Shown here one piece after another: positions 13,481 through 27,060 of a DNA stretch of 64,000 bases; within the stretch, counting starts at the first letter, position 1; each line of letters starts with the position of its first letter. A model generated the notes under the pieces. That model was not told where the DNA came from. It searched no databases and saw only the letters and a program-made list of their open reading frames with translations. Source of the stretch: the human T2T-CHM13v2.0 reference genome, Homo sapiens; NCBI RefSeq assembly GCF_009914755.1, contig NC_060931.1; one strand, written 5' to 3'. Both the position numbers and the translations under genes were made by a program.

Positions 13481-15389
13481 GCATACCAGTCTGTATGCTT
13501 TGTTCTTTTATGAAAGTGTGTTGCACTTGTCTATGTTTTTAACTAGCTTTTAAAAATCAGACAATATCTGCACATGTTAAAAACATGAAAAGTACAGAAA
13601 AATATAAAGAAGGAAAAAAAATCATCCATAATCCTAACACCCAGAAGCAACCGCTGTTGGCCCTCTGGTATATGTTTCCTTCTGTGCTATTTTTAAAATT
13701 TGGCAGCAGCTCCATTTCGGTATGTTGATCCCATGTTGAAGTTCAGCCATTGTGCCTCCTGTAGCTGAGAAATAATTTAAACGTGAGCGTGAGGAGCTTC
13801 GTGAGTGCATCCTCTAGAGAGGGGGGAGACTGTATTGATGGTTTCCTATTGTTTTCATCTCTGCAAGTTGGGAAAAGCAAAAGCTTCCTGAGAGAATAAC
13901 ATTTTACTTTTAAAAGAAAATAAACACAGATATCATTGTGCAGAGATGGGCAACCGAGTCCCTCAGCCTCCCTTCCTCAGCTCCCCGACTGGCTGCTGTC
14001 CCTTATTTCTTATCGTTGGAAAGTTCTCTGGCTGAAACCACCAACCCTGTTGCTTAGCAGTTCATCTGCTCCTGCCTGTTCCCCTCCTGTCCCCAGGAAC
14101 TCGGGGCCATGTGTTCCCTTGGCCCATATGCTGACAAGCATCCTCCCACCCAACCTGCCACCAACCCAGGCACCAGCCAGGGCCACCTGCTCCATGGCTG
14201 CCCCTCCCTGACTTCACAAGAGTTGGGGGTGGAAGGGGAATGGAGAGAGGTGGAGAAAAAGACAAAAGGGCTCCAGGGCCTTCTACAGACCTCCTTCCCC
14301 AATCCCTCCTGTGTTCCTTGCCCCTACTTTTAATTGATCTCTTCTTGGAGGATGCTTCAGGAAACAAAAACAGCCAAAAGTGGAGCTAGGCAAAGAAGGA
14401 CATTGCTGCAGGGAGAATCTAAACTACCAATCCTTCATTGACCAGGCAGGTGATGCTGGAGGCTGGGCCACACCTCAACACCACCTGGCTTCTCTCCTAG
14501 GTATGGCTCTTATATATAGGGGGTATATATACATATGAGAAATGCTGTCTTTCTTAGCCTAGCATAGGGCTACCTGAGTTACCCTCTAAATTGGGCAATT
14601 TTATAGATGGTAGAAAGCCACTTTTATGTAGTCAGGGTATAAAAATACCTCTTACAACCCAAGCAAATATGCCTTTACTGGAATTGGAAAAGCTAGTCAC
14701 TGATGAACTTGACTTGGTTTTCCAAAGAAGCACAGAGGACCTTCTGGGTAGGGAGGACAGACACCCCAATCCCTACTTCCTGAAATTCAAAGCCAGAAAG
14801 GCCTGTCAAGAATAGAATAGAGAGTTTCCCATCAAGTCCTGGTGTCAGTAAGGGTAACGAGGGTCCAGAAATAGACTAGAGGAAAAAAGGAACATAGACT
14901 AATGAGGAAGAGCCCAGAGCAGTGGAGGGGAAGGCTTGTGTATAGTGTGTGGCTGATGCCAGAATCCCATTAGACCCAGCAGCATGGCACAGCACTTGGG
15001 CCCCAAGAGCATGTAGGGCTATAACTAGGGTGGGGGTGGAAACTGAAGAGGGATTCTAGGCAGGGAGTGCCCTCGGATCATACTCCCTTGATGGCTACTG
15101 TGAGAACATGGATCAAGCAGGCACCATGACAAGGGACCCATGGGCAACTGCCAGCCCGGGCAGGCCCAGTGCTGAAGAGCATTCTTGGAATACGAAGAGA
15201 AGTGGGGCAGCTTCAGACTACTCAGAAAGCAGTAACATTTCCATCTGGGTGTGGATGTCAAATGGATGTTCCTTTGAGATAGTGTAAGCCCACCAAGTTT
15301 CTGAGAAGGAAGAAAATCGAAAGAGCATCATAGATTTTCTGCTTATTTGGCATTTGGGATTTTACCAAGTTTTAACTTACTTGGAATAT

Positions 15390-17654
15390 TGATATGGTTT
15401 GGCTGCGTCCCTACCCAAATCACATCTTGAAATTCCCACATGTTGTGGGAGGGACCTGGTGGGAGGTAATTCAATCACAGGGGCGGATCTTACCTGTGCT
15501 ATTCTCATCATAGTGAGTAAATCTCATGGGATCTGATGGTTATTAAAAGGGAATGTTTTCCTGTACAAGCTCTCTTCTCTTGTCTGCCACCATGTGAGAT
15601 GTGCCTTTCACCTTCTGCCATGATTGTGAGACTTCCCCAGCCATGTGGAACTGTGAGTTCTCCATTGAACTTCTTTCCTTTGTAAATTGCCCAGTCTCAG
15701 GTATGTCTTTATCAGCAGTGTGAAAACAGACTAATACAGTAAATTGGTACCAGTAGAGTGGGTGCTGCTGGAAAGATACCCAAAAATGTGGAAACAACTT
15801 TGGAACTGGGTAACAGGTGGGGGTCGGAACAGTTTGGAGAGCTCAGAAGAAGACAGGGAAAATTGGGAAAGTTCGGAACATCCTAGAGACTTGTTGAATG
15901 GCTTTGCCCAAAATGCTGATAGTGAAATGGACAATAAAGTCCAGGCTGAAGCGGTCTCAGACGGAAATGAGGAACTTTTTGGGAACGGGAGCAGAGGTGT
16001 CTCTCATTATATTTTAGCAAAGAGACTGGCAGCATTTTTGCCCCTGCCCTGGAGATCTGTGGAACTTTGAACTCGAGAGAGATGATTTAGGGTATCTGGC
16101 AGAAGAAATTTCTAAGCAGCAAAGCATTCAAGAGGTGACTTGAGTGCTGTTAAAGGCTTTCAGTTTTATAAGCAGAACATAAAAGTTAGGAAAATTTGTA
16201 GCCTGACAATGCAGTAGAAAAGAAAATCCCATTTTCTGAGGAGAAAGTCAAGCCGGCTGCAGAAATTTGCATAAGTAATGAGGAGCCAAATGTTAATCCC
16301 CAAGACAATGGGGAAAATTACTCCAGAATATATCAGGGGTCTTCACAGCAGCCCCTCCCATCATAGGCCTGGAGGCCTAGGAGAAAAAAGTGGTTTTGTG
16401 GGCTGGGCCCAGGGTCCCCGTGCTGTGTACAGCCTAGGGACTTGGTGCCTTGCGTCCCAGCCACTCCAGCCATGGCTGAAAGCGGCCAATGTAGAGCTCA
16501 GACGTGGTTTCAGAGGGTGCAATCCTCAAGCCTTGGCAACTTCCACATGGTGGTGAAGCCAGCAAGTGCACAGAACTCAAGAATTGAGGTTTGGGAATCT
16601 CCGCCTAGATTTCAGAAGATGTATGGAAACACCTGGATGCCCAGGCAGAAGTTTGCTGCAGGGGTGGGGTCCTCATGCAGAAACTGCCAGGGCAGTGTGG
16701 AAGGGAAATGAGGGGTTGGAGACCTCACACAGAGCTCCTACTGGGACACTGCCTAGTGGAGCTATGAGAAGAGGGCCACCATCCTCCAGGCCCAAGAATG
16801 ATAGATCCACCAAAGCTTGCACCATGCACCTGGAAAAGATGCAGACAGTCAATGCCAGCTCACAAAACCAGCGAGAAGGGAGGATTTACCCTGCAAAGCC
16901 ACAGGGGAGGAGCTAACCAAGACCATGGGAACCCACCTCTTGCATCAGCATGACTTGGATGTGAGACATAGAGTCAAAGGGGATCATTTTGGAGCTTTAA
17001 GATTTGACTGCCCTGCTGGATTTTGGATTTGCGTGGGGCCTGTAGACCCTTTGTTTTGGCCAATTTCTCCTATTTGGAATGGCTATATTTTTCCAATGCC
17101 TGTACCCCCATTGTATCTAGGAAGTATCTAACTTGCTTTTGATTTTATAGGCTTATAGGCAGAAGGGACTTGCCTTGTCTTGGATCAGACTTTGGACTAT
17201 GGACTTGTGAGTTAATGCTGAAATGACTTACGGCTTTGGGGGACTGTTGGGAAGGCATGATTGATTTTGAAATGTGAGGACATGAGATTTGGGAGGGGCT
17301 GGAGTGGAATGATATGATTTGACTGTGTTCCCACCCAAATCTCATCTTGAATTCCCACGTGTTGTGGGAGGGACCCAGTGGGAGGTAATTGAATCATGAG
17401 GGCAGGTCTTTCTCATGCAGTTCTCATGATAGTGAGTAAGTCCCATGAGATCTGACAGTTATTATAAGGGGAACTTTTCCTGCACAAGCTCTCTTCTCGT
17501 CTGCTGCCATATGAGACATGCCTTTCACCTTCCACCACGATTGTGGGGCTTCCCCAACCACATGAAACTATGAGTTCTCCTTTAAACCTCTTTTCTTTGT
17601 AAACTGCCCAGTCTAGGTATGTCTTTATCAGCAGTGTGAAGATGGACTAATACA
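15390..17654 (+). mobile_element. Full-length THE1 (THE1C-like) MaLR: 5' LTR 15390-15738, internal 15739-17309, 3' LTR 17310-17654
   Basis: Two TG...CA LTRs; internal region begins gtaaattggtaccag; polypurine tract before the 3' LTR; perfect 5-bp TSD AATAT (15385-15389 and 17655-17659). Confidence 0.97.
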
Positions 17655-20087
17655 AATATCAAAAGAGATGTGTCACCTTGAGTGTCATAGGACACTCGGG
17701 ACACAGGACTTGCACCCTGAGTGTTGTGGTGAACTTTATATTCATCACATATATTATACAAGAAATAATGTTAGCTCTAGGAAATACAAATCAAAACAAG
17801 AAAATAAGAATGGCCCATACTTTCCTTTTCAGCGATTTAATGGTTTTAACATTTTAGTGTATTTTTCTTCTAGTCTGTTTTCTATATAATAGGACAGTGC
17901 ATACTATTTTCTAACCTGTCTTTTACACTTAAAAGTGATATTGACATTTCTCTGTATAATTTACAAATTTCCCACACTATCTTTTAAAATAGCTGCACCC
18001 CATTCCACTGCGTTGTTGTACCACGGTCTAGTTAACAAAGCCCTTACCTCAAGACCCTGGGATAGTGGCCGACTCTTTTTGAGCTCCGATTTTGTGTATG
18101 ACTCTGGGCCAGGCTCTAGAGTGCAGGCATACACTACATGAAGCATGAGAATGAGACATGGTTCCTGTCCTTAGTTTACAATTTGAGGACTTCCAGTTCA
18201 ATATGGCAGACTGCATGGATATGGAAAAATGTTCCTTCCATCCAAATGTATATAAATCTGCATGCAATATAACAAAACTAAATTCAAGGACACACAGAGC
18301 TCTGAGGAAAGAGAGAGAATGTCCCAGCATCAGTGATGAAGCAGGAACTCAAGCCCGGGTGTTGGTGGGAGCCGAGACCATAACAGCCTAAAGAGGGTTT
18401 CGCACTCAGACACAGGCTGAATTTCTCTTATTGGGATGTTCATGTCCACCCAAGGACAGAACTTAAGCCCTCAAATCTAGGTTAGTTGAGAGGCAGGGAT
18501 AAATGCACACTTGGCATAGTTGGGAGCCTCTGAGGGGATTAAAAAAGCTCAGCAAATCTGTTTGGGGAAATTTCAAGAAAGTTTGCTGTCCATGTAGGCC
18601 TTGGGTGGGAAAGAGTCATATAGCAGAAATTTGAAATCTAAGCCTGCACTACCTGCACAAATTCATACTACATAGGTAATGCCTAGAAACTAACATACTG
18701 GTCCACAACTGGTAAAACTAGTGGGGTGTTAGCGAGGTGAAAAAAAAGTCTTATAAAGAAAGATGTCGCCACCATTCATAGAGAGGAAATAAGTTTCTCA
18801 AAGGAAATTAACTTCACTGAAGAACTCCCAGTAAAAATTAGAAACTATGACAAATACAAGGTATGATGAGAGACACTTAGAAGCAGCAGCAAATAGGATA
18901 ATTAGCATTCCAAGATCTAGGGAAAATAAAACAATCCTAGACAGATTATAATTAAACTATTTTTAAAATGTTTAAAAATTTAAAAGCATGAATAAGAATG
19001 ACAAAGGGCGGAATAACACAGAAATGAATTTGGAAATTTAGGCAAATACTGCTAGAAATAAAAATGATATTACAAAAAATTGTTGTATGTGTAAAGTAGT
19101 ATATTGGACATGGTCAAAGACAAAATTAAGATATATTGATACTGTCACTCAGAAATTGGAATAGAAAATATGAAAGAGAGCTTCACAAATATATGCTTAA
19201 AATACTAAGGTCAAAATATGTCTAATCAAGTACCAGGAGAAGATAACAGAGTATATATTAAAGGGGCAAAATTTGAAAAGATATTGGCTGAGAGCTTTCT
19301 AGAATTAGACATTTAAATTTTTAAATGGAAAAATATCAGCTTCCAAGAAGAAGTAAAAGTAAACGCACACCTAGGCATTTGGTAGATACACTGCAGGAAA
19401 AAAGTTGTAAAAAGTTCCACAGATAAAAGTCAGATTACCTCAAAGGAATGACAATTCAACTAAAAGCAAATTTATCATCAGGAAAAATATATAATGGTAG
19501 GAAATACACCTTCAAATTGCTGTAGGACAACAACTAACACCTTAAAATTTGAATTCTAAATCAATACTTATTTAAAAATGAGGAGAAAAGGATTTTAATA
19601 CAAACATATTCCAAGGGAATTTATTACTTACAGCTCTTACTAGTTGAAAGACTGACTAGAGAATACATTTTGGTGAGGTGGACACTGCACTGGGTGGAAG
19701 GTGTAGAATGTCAGAAGCAATTATGAGAAGCATAACAGTGAAAAGATGAACCTTTTGATAAATCTAAATATGCAGTGACTGTAACAATAACAAGAACAAC
19801 AAAAGTACATTAAAAGCAACGTTAAAATGTTGAATAATAATAAGTAACATGGAAGATGAGCATGAGGGTGGGGAATGGGGAAGCAGTTTTCTTGTCTGGA
19901 AAAGGGATGGAGATATTAATTAATTTCAAACTTTTTAGAGTCAGATGTGCTTAATTTAGTGTTAACCATTAAAATAAAAGAAATATGATGCAACACTTTT
20001 AAAATAGGAGAGGCTGAAAATAAAGAATCACTCTGATCATCAGAGGCATGATATGAGGAAATAAGGAGAAAACAACCATGGTCATTA

Positions 20088-20500
20088 TTGTTGAGTCTGT
20101 GAAGCTGAAGTTTGATTTTACCCTACTTCCAAGCTAATAAATTAGCCTGTTGCTGTTTCATGGATGCTGTCAGAAGGCATGAGATGCCTGGGTCAAAGGA
20201 CTTTAATATACACAGCAACCACCATAAGCCTCACATGTGCTCCAGTTCCCCTTGCTTGCTAAGTTTCACGGGCGTGACACATGCAATGAATGTTGCATGT
20301 GTAATGGGTTTGTGTTGCTGCCAATGAAGACTGAACTTGGGAAATCCACCTCTTTCTTAGCAGACAGTGAGCCTTCTCTAGGACTCAAAGGGAGACATCA
20401 CCTCAGTTTGCAAGGGTTTTTGGTGCAAATGCAACCCTGAGAAATGACCCAGGTGAGCAGTCAGATCCTTGCCTTGTTGGCATGCCCAGCAAGAGACAAA
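20088..20500 (-). mobile_element. ERVL-class LTR, same family as 8960-9375, reverse orientation
   Basis: gattttaccctacttccaagctaataaattagcctg...tttcatggatgctgtcagaag is the reverse complement of the same LTR 3' motif. Confidence 0.65.
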
Positions 20501-20687
20501 GCAGCATGAGAAACCCACCAAAGAGTTTCTCTTCAAACAATTATAAAACACAAAACAAGATGATAGAAATGGATCAAAACACATCAGCAATCATAATAAA
20601 CAGAATAGATTAAACTTGCCTTTTTAAAGATAGAAACTCCAAGTTTAGGCATAAGAAATGCAATTTATAAGAAACATGTAAAATAGA

Positions 20688-20893
20688 GCTTGTTCTTTTG
20701 GCCTTAGTGATTTGGCTGTGTTATATTTTGGCACATGTCTGGCTGCCTGTAAAATACAAATTTGTGTGTCTGTGTGTGTGTGTGTGTGTGTGTGTCGAAT
20801 GTGATATGGTAGCATCAGGGCACAGCTAATTCCTCTCATTTTCCCCTCCTTCCTTATCCTCTGTCAAATCCATTCACACCTTTGCAAGACAGA
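20688..20893 (+). repeat. Local direct duplication, copy 1 (partner 21727-21909); contains (TG)n
   Basis: Shared gcttgttcttttg.ccttagtg and tcctctgt.aaatccattcacacctttgcaagacaga. Confidence 0.9.
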
Positions 20894-21726
20894 CACAGAA
20901 AGTTTGAAAGTAGAAGGAATGAAGAATGGCATACTCTGCAAGTACCACCAAAACAAAACTGATGCATCAAAACAAATATTAGAAAAAATATACTTAAGGC
21001 AAAAAAACCCATCAACCTCCCCATTAATTCTGAAAAAAGCACATCATTGCTTTGTGACAAACAGAACAATCTAGCTGAGAGGAAACATAAAAAATTAAAT
21101 ACCAACATAAGGCAGCATGAGATGAATGTTAAGTGAGAAGTTCAAACAACAAGTGCTGTGGATTCAGAGGAGGAGGACGTGGATCTGACCTGAAGCCATC
21201 CAGAAATCGATTCTGGATAAAGAACATGCTGCTTTAGGTAGATTTGACATGAGGGTGGGCCATGAAGCAAGCGACAAGTAAATTGCAGCTTGTTTGAGAC
21301 GCTGAAATATGAATTTTGGGACTTTATAAACAAAGAGCAGAAACAAATGCTGGGTAGACCTCGGTGGTTGGGCAGCTCTTGATCTTGGTGCTGGTGGGCC
21401 AAGGGCAGCAATCTCATCCCTGTAAAGCCTATGTGTCTGCCTCTGCTCCCCACATCTATTAATATAATAAATCCCATCTCTAGCCAGCCTCCTGTGAATG
21501 AATAGCCTAGGATGGGCCTGAGTGTTTAGTTACAGGTGGCCTGCAACAGCCATTGTGTTCTTCTGGAAAACTATGGATGACTAACCCTGGGAAGAAGGAC
21601 TCTCAAGTTCAGAGAAATGAAGTACCTGGCCTAATGTCAGCTAGCTCAGTACAGAATTGGGACCAGAAGCCCAATCTCTTGATTCTTTCTAGACATCACA
21701 AATCACAGGGGGCGTGCTTTTGCCTG

Positions 21727-21909
21727 GCTTGTTCTTTTGACCTTAGTGGTTGGCTGCCCGTATGAGAGTAAGAATTTGTGTGTTAGGGGTGGGGATTGGG
21801 CAGGGAGAGTGGTAACAGTGATGTGATACTAGGGGGTACAGTTAATTTCTCTCCTTTTTCTCTCCTTCCTTGTCCTCTGTAAAATCCATTCACACCTTTG
21901 CAAGACAGA
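21727..21909 (+). repeat. Local direct duplication, copy 2 (partner 20688-20893)
   Basis: Same shared blocks as copy 1. Confidence 0.9.
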
Positions 21910-24234
21910 TGGAAAAAGGAACTTAGGGTGGGGGCTGTGCTTTAAAACCTGGCTCCCTGGACATGGGGCCTGGGGAGTTTGGTGCCCACGTGATAGGGAC
22001 TGCTAGAGAGGCCCCAGAGCATCTGTCTGGGGACACTGTGGACACATGTCCTGAGAATACCCCCTCAGGGGCTGAGGCGGGGCATCATACCATCTTGGGA
22101 GCCCAAAGCCATGTGCTAACAAGCTGTTGGCAGAGGACTAGAGAAAGACATTTTCAAAAACAACAGCAACAAAAATTGCAAGCCACTCCATCCGGGCTGC
22201 AGACCCCTCCCTGCATCTCATTAGCGCCTGGGGTGGGAGGAGAGGGGGCTGGCAGGCACTGCCTACACCTACGTGTCCTGAAAACCAATGCATGCCCACA
22301 GAGGTGGGCGGGTGGGAGGCGCAGAGTGGCCCAGCTCCCAGCCTAGGAAAGATCTTTCCAATGCTCTGCTTGTCATTTGTTCCCTTGTGTGTGAATTTTT
22401 AGAACAGGTATCAGATTCTTTCTGTGTAGGACACTTTTTGTTTGTTTTTGGAGTCAATGCTCTAAGGTCTCTTCCGTGTCTTTAAAACTTGGGTTTTGAA
22501 TATGATTTCTATGAAGAAAAGCGAGTCATCAGAATCCTGTCTTTGTGGACTGTTGACATCATAGCTGAGACTGCCACAGTTGGTGCTGCAGACTCAAAGT
22601 CAAGTGCTCCCATAGACGCCCCACTCGCTGCCATAGTGAAGACCCCCATTTGCCTCCAGAGGTCAAACTTCCTTGTCCAAGTTGGAAAGTAGACAAGAAA
22701 ATCCTCAGCCACTTCCCCCATTTCTTTTCTCACTTGCTCCTCATCCCTTCATGTTTGTATTCCCAAGATCTCAGGCTTCTAAGAAAGCTCATCTTAGCCT
22801 TCTAAGAAAGCTCATCAAGTTGGGAGTGAGACCTGCCATGGCTGTGGTCATGTCTGTCCTGTCACTCAGGAGGAGCAGAGGCTTCTCCTCCTGGGGACAC
22901 TCTGCCCTCCCAGGCTCTCCCAGACTTCCCCTACCCACTTGTTTTACAATAGCAGTAACTATCGCACATCATCCTACTCTACTTGAGTCTCAGAATCAGA
23001 CACATGTCTGTCTCTATAAAATGGGAACGGCGGTGGAGGTGGGACTTTCACAGACAGAGGGGATGGCAGCCCCTAAGAAAGAAGTACAGGTGGCTTCTCT
23101 TAATGACTCTTATTCCCAGCAAAGACAAACAGTGATGCCATCATTTGCAGTTGGATTCTGAGGCCCCGCCTACCTGGGAGGCAGGACACATTGGGGACCA
23201 GCCATCCTAGTGTGACAAATAATTGAGTTTCATAATGACCTTGTAGAGCCAGATTCCTGGAAATGGCATAAACCTACCTGTGATTGTTGTCAAACTCTAA
23301 GATGCTTTGTTACCATTGCTCACTCCAGGAGGGGAAGCCATGGTTCATGAAGTTCATTAGGTGGGTGGTAAACAGGATTTTGGTAGTTGTTGAAGGTTGG
23401 GGCTCAAGACCCTCTCTGGAGGCCCAGGCTGGCTGGTTAAAGACATTCTGACCTCCCAACATTAGAGCAACACATCAGAAGGCATTCGAGGCTGTGGGGC
23501 TTCTAGAGCCAGAATTCTCAGGTCATCGCCCTCAGCACCAGTGCTGTAGGGTTCCACCTGCCTGCAGCTTGGGGAAGAAGAAAGGCTGGCTGCCCAGAGT
23601 CATGGCCTAGCTTGGCTGGGAGGAAGATAGAGGAGCTGTCTCCTCTTCCTCACTTGTCTTCCCTGTGCCTGCTCCTGGTCCAGCTGGGTGAGATGGAAAC
23701 TATCTCACATGGAGAGATGTTAAGGCAATTCTGGCAAAGCAAGCGCTAATAAAGTGCTGGGAACTTCCCCATCTCTGCCTCTTGAGGGAACTGAGCATGC
23801 TCTGAAGGGCATGGCCAGGTTTGCCTTTGGTGGAGGAACCAGAGGCTTGGTTTGGTCTTGGGGCAGGCTGGGCAAAATCGCTGAGTATGAGTGTTTCCTC
23901 CTGAGCATCCTCGGGGAGGGGAGCCCCTCCCTTCTCTACATCCTCCCCCACTGGCTCCTTCATTTCCGGGCACTTTGCCTTCTTATTTCTGTTCTCTCCT
24001 CTGAACCAGAGAAAGAAAGATGATTAAACGCTTCTGCTATGTGGATGCCCATGACTCACTGGCAGGAATGGCCTCTCCAGGCAGGCTGTGCTTTCTGTCT
24101 CCTTCCCTCATTTCACCCTCCACTTTCCCCTCCCCTGCCTTGCCCCTTGCATCAAAATGAAGTCATGTAAGACCAATTCAAATTGATTTCTCTTTTCCTT
24201 CTATTAGAATATCAGCTCCATAAAATCAGGATAA

Positions 24235-24465
24235 GAATTTGTGGTCTGGAGTCTGAAGACAGGGATTGGAGTCCTGGCTTTTCTGCCCACTAGGTGTGGT
24301 TTTGAGTGGTTATTTACCTTCCATAAGTCTTTGTTTATTTGGTCATAAAATAGGGAAAATGATAGAGCCAGCCTTTCAGGGTTATTGTGGGGATCAGCGG
24401 AAATAATATTAAGTGTGAACTGGTATTGTCTGTAACACATAGTGCATGCCATGAGCCAGGCACCA
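24235..24465 (+). mobile_element. MIR
   Basis: gtctggagtctgaagacagggattggagtcctggct...taaaatagggaaaatgatag...gggttattgtggggatca. Confidence 0.75.
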
Positions 24466-25674
24466 TGGGGATCAGACTGGAATTCGCTCCAGTGTGTAAC
24501 AGGCAGATCCAGTGACAAAGAAGGAGAGAAATAAGCCAGCCTTGGTACCATCAAAGGAGCACCCAGCCTTCCCCCTGTGCCCCACTGAGCAAATGGCTAA
24601 TACCACATAGCACAGGCCAGGGGGACAGATGCCTTTGTATGGAAGAGCTAGTACTGGTAGCCAGGGACCTGGCCACACGGGGAGGCACAATTGAATTTTT
24701 CCCTTCCATCTGACAGTTCAGGACTGGATGTTACTTTCCAAATGAAAGCGGTTCTGGAAGGTCGTTGGGAACAGTGAATTGTGATTATGCTGGCACATTT
24801 TTAATTCTGTCTCATTACAGCTGCTGTTAAGGCTGCATTATAATAATTGCTTTAGTTCTGCTTTGGTATTTGCAGGCTCCTTTAATGTAGCTGTAATCTA
24901 TGTGTATATTAAAGTAAGCAGAGCCAAAGAGCAGGGGCAGCCTTATTAGACTGGAGAAATGCATGTTGGGGGTGGCGGTGAAGCAGACAGGCAGACGGGA
25001 GCAGGGTCCTGGCGGGGGAACCTCGGGACAGCATGCGGAGTGGAAGTTCTGGCCTCAGGCCCAATGCAGACTCACGCTGTGACTTTGAGCAAGTTGAAGC
25101 TGCCTGTCTCAGCTCTCCCATCCATTATATGAGTTACAAAGTCTGTCTTGGAGGTGCTTAAAAGTTCTTAGGAGAAAAACCGTTACTGGCAAAGAGCCCA
25201 GGGAGATGGCTGCATTGGGCCCTCAGAGCAGCCAGAGTGGAGCCCAGCAGGAGCCTCCTCGGCCGCCCACGGTGGAGCAGCCAGGCGACCCCTCGGCAAG
25301 GACAGTCATCAAATAAATGGCATGCAGACACCCCCAATTCCCAGGGAAAATTTGGCTCTGGTCTTCCTGCGATCACTCCCTGTTCTGGTTTCTTCTTTAA
25401 AATTCGGTTTGTTTGAACTGTTGCCACTCCCTGCACGGTCCTGTACACACAGCATTTCAGCCACTTGATGGAGGTCTTACTGCTGTCCTTGAATACTATG
25501 GCTCTCCTTTTTCCCCTTCAAGGGCAGTGGGTGTCAGTTTCAAGGACAGAATGCAAGGGCTGTCCTGGACCAGACCACTCACCAAGTACTCACTATGAAC
25601 GGCATTCACCTCCTAGCTGTTATTTTGGGATAGGAATTCATATTGTGCTCACACCAGTCATATGAGCTAAGTAG

Positions 25675-25995
<321 letters not shown>

Positions 25996-26639
25996 TCATG
26001 TTCTTTATAGATGAGTGAACTGAGGCCAGTGAAGTCCCACATACCTAGTGAGTGGCAGAGCTAGACATGGAGCCCAGACCATGCAGAGGCTGACCCACGA
26101 TTTTAGCACTACCTCAGGCTGCCTCCCCCTCGTCCTCTCTCCCTCCTCAAGAATCATCCATTTTTCTGTGCTGATTCAGAGCTCGCCACTGAATTCAGAT
26201 TGGTCTGGGGATCAGTGGAAGGATCAGAAGGTTCTCTCAGGACCAGAGACACAGGCCTGGGTAGATGCATGGGAAGAGACCACGGCCAAAGTGTGGACAA
26301 GGGCAAATCAGAGCCATTGAACAAAACGTGTCTTTGGCTCCTCAGCTCTCCCAAATGATGCCTTTGCCTTGTAACAGTGGGTGTTGCAAAGGGAGTGAGA
26401 ATGAGGCAGAACTCTTGGTGTTCCTATGCACCTGTACCCCCCACCTTGTACGTGGGCCATGAAACACCCAGATATTCCCAGAAGGATTCCTGTTTTGCCT
26501 CTTCCCATTTCTAAAGACTTCTACATGAAGAAGATTTCAGACTTTCTCAGCACCTTGCCCTATTGCTTCTGCAGGGAGAATACTCTTCATCGTATGCAAC
26601 TGAAATGCAGCCTGCTACAGCTCAAAATCTACCAGGTTC

Positions 26640-27060
26640 ATTGAATCCCAATGTTTAAGGGAACTTAAACATTCCTCCCACTGCAGAAATTCCTTTCAAG
26701 CACCTCTGATTGTTGCCCCATAGCCTTGGGTCTAAGATGCAGGAAGATGGGTGCCAACCCACCCCCTTCCTTCTCACCAGATAGCCTGTTTCATTTCTTG
26801 AATAGTTCTAATAATTAAAACGTTCTTCTTTACTTTGGATCAATGTCTCCCTCCTGATACCTTCCACCAATTAATCCTAGTTTGATCTCCTGGAATTAAT
26901 CCATTCCGTTTTTCAAGTGATAGTATTCTGAATTTATGAAGGCAGAAGTTCCTCTGGAGTCTTCTTTATCCTTCAGCATCCTTCAGTTCTTTTTCTGTTA
27001 CTTCTATTCAGATATTCCTCAAAGAGAAAAAACATATCAAAAGGTCCTAGATTGTCTCCA
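26640..27060 (-). mobile_element. L3/CR1 fragment
   Basis: agatagcctgtttcatttcttgaatagttctaataattaaaacgttcttc...cttccaccaattaatcctagtt motifs. Confidence 0.6.

Larger units (their letters stand above)
18750..21130 (+). mobile_element. Ancient L1M ORF1 to ORF2-start fragment, interrupted by an LTR and a templated insertion
   Basis: ORF1 motifs (atatgtctaatcaagtaccagg, cacacctaggcat, cagattacctcaaaggaatgacaatt) and ORF2 endonuclease-start motifs (attaaacttgcc, gacacagaaagtttgaaagtagaaggaatg). Confidence 0.7.

Noticed and set aside
15731-17131. Cluster of 90-116-aa ORFs
   Set aside because: Broken remnants of the THE1 internal region, not a host gene.
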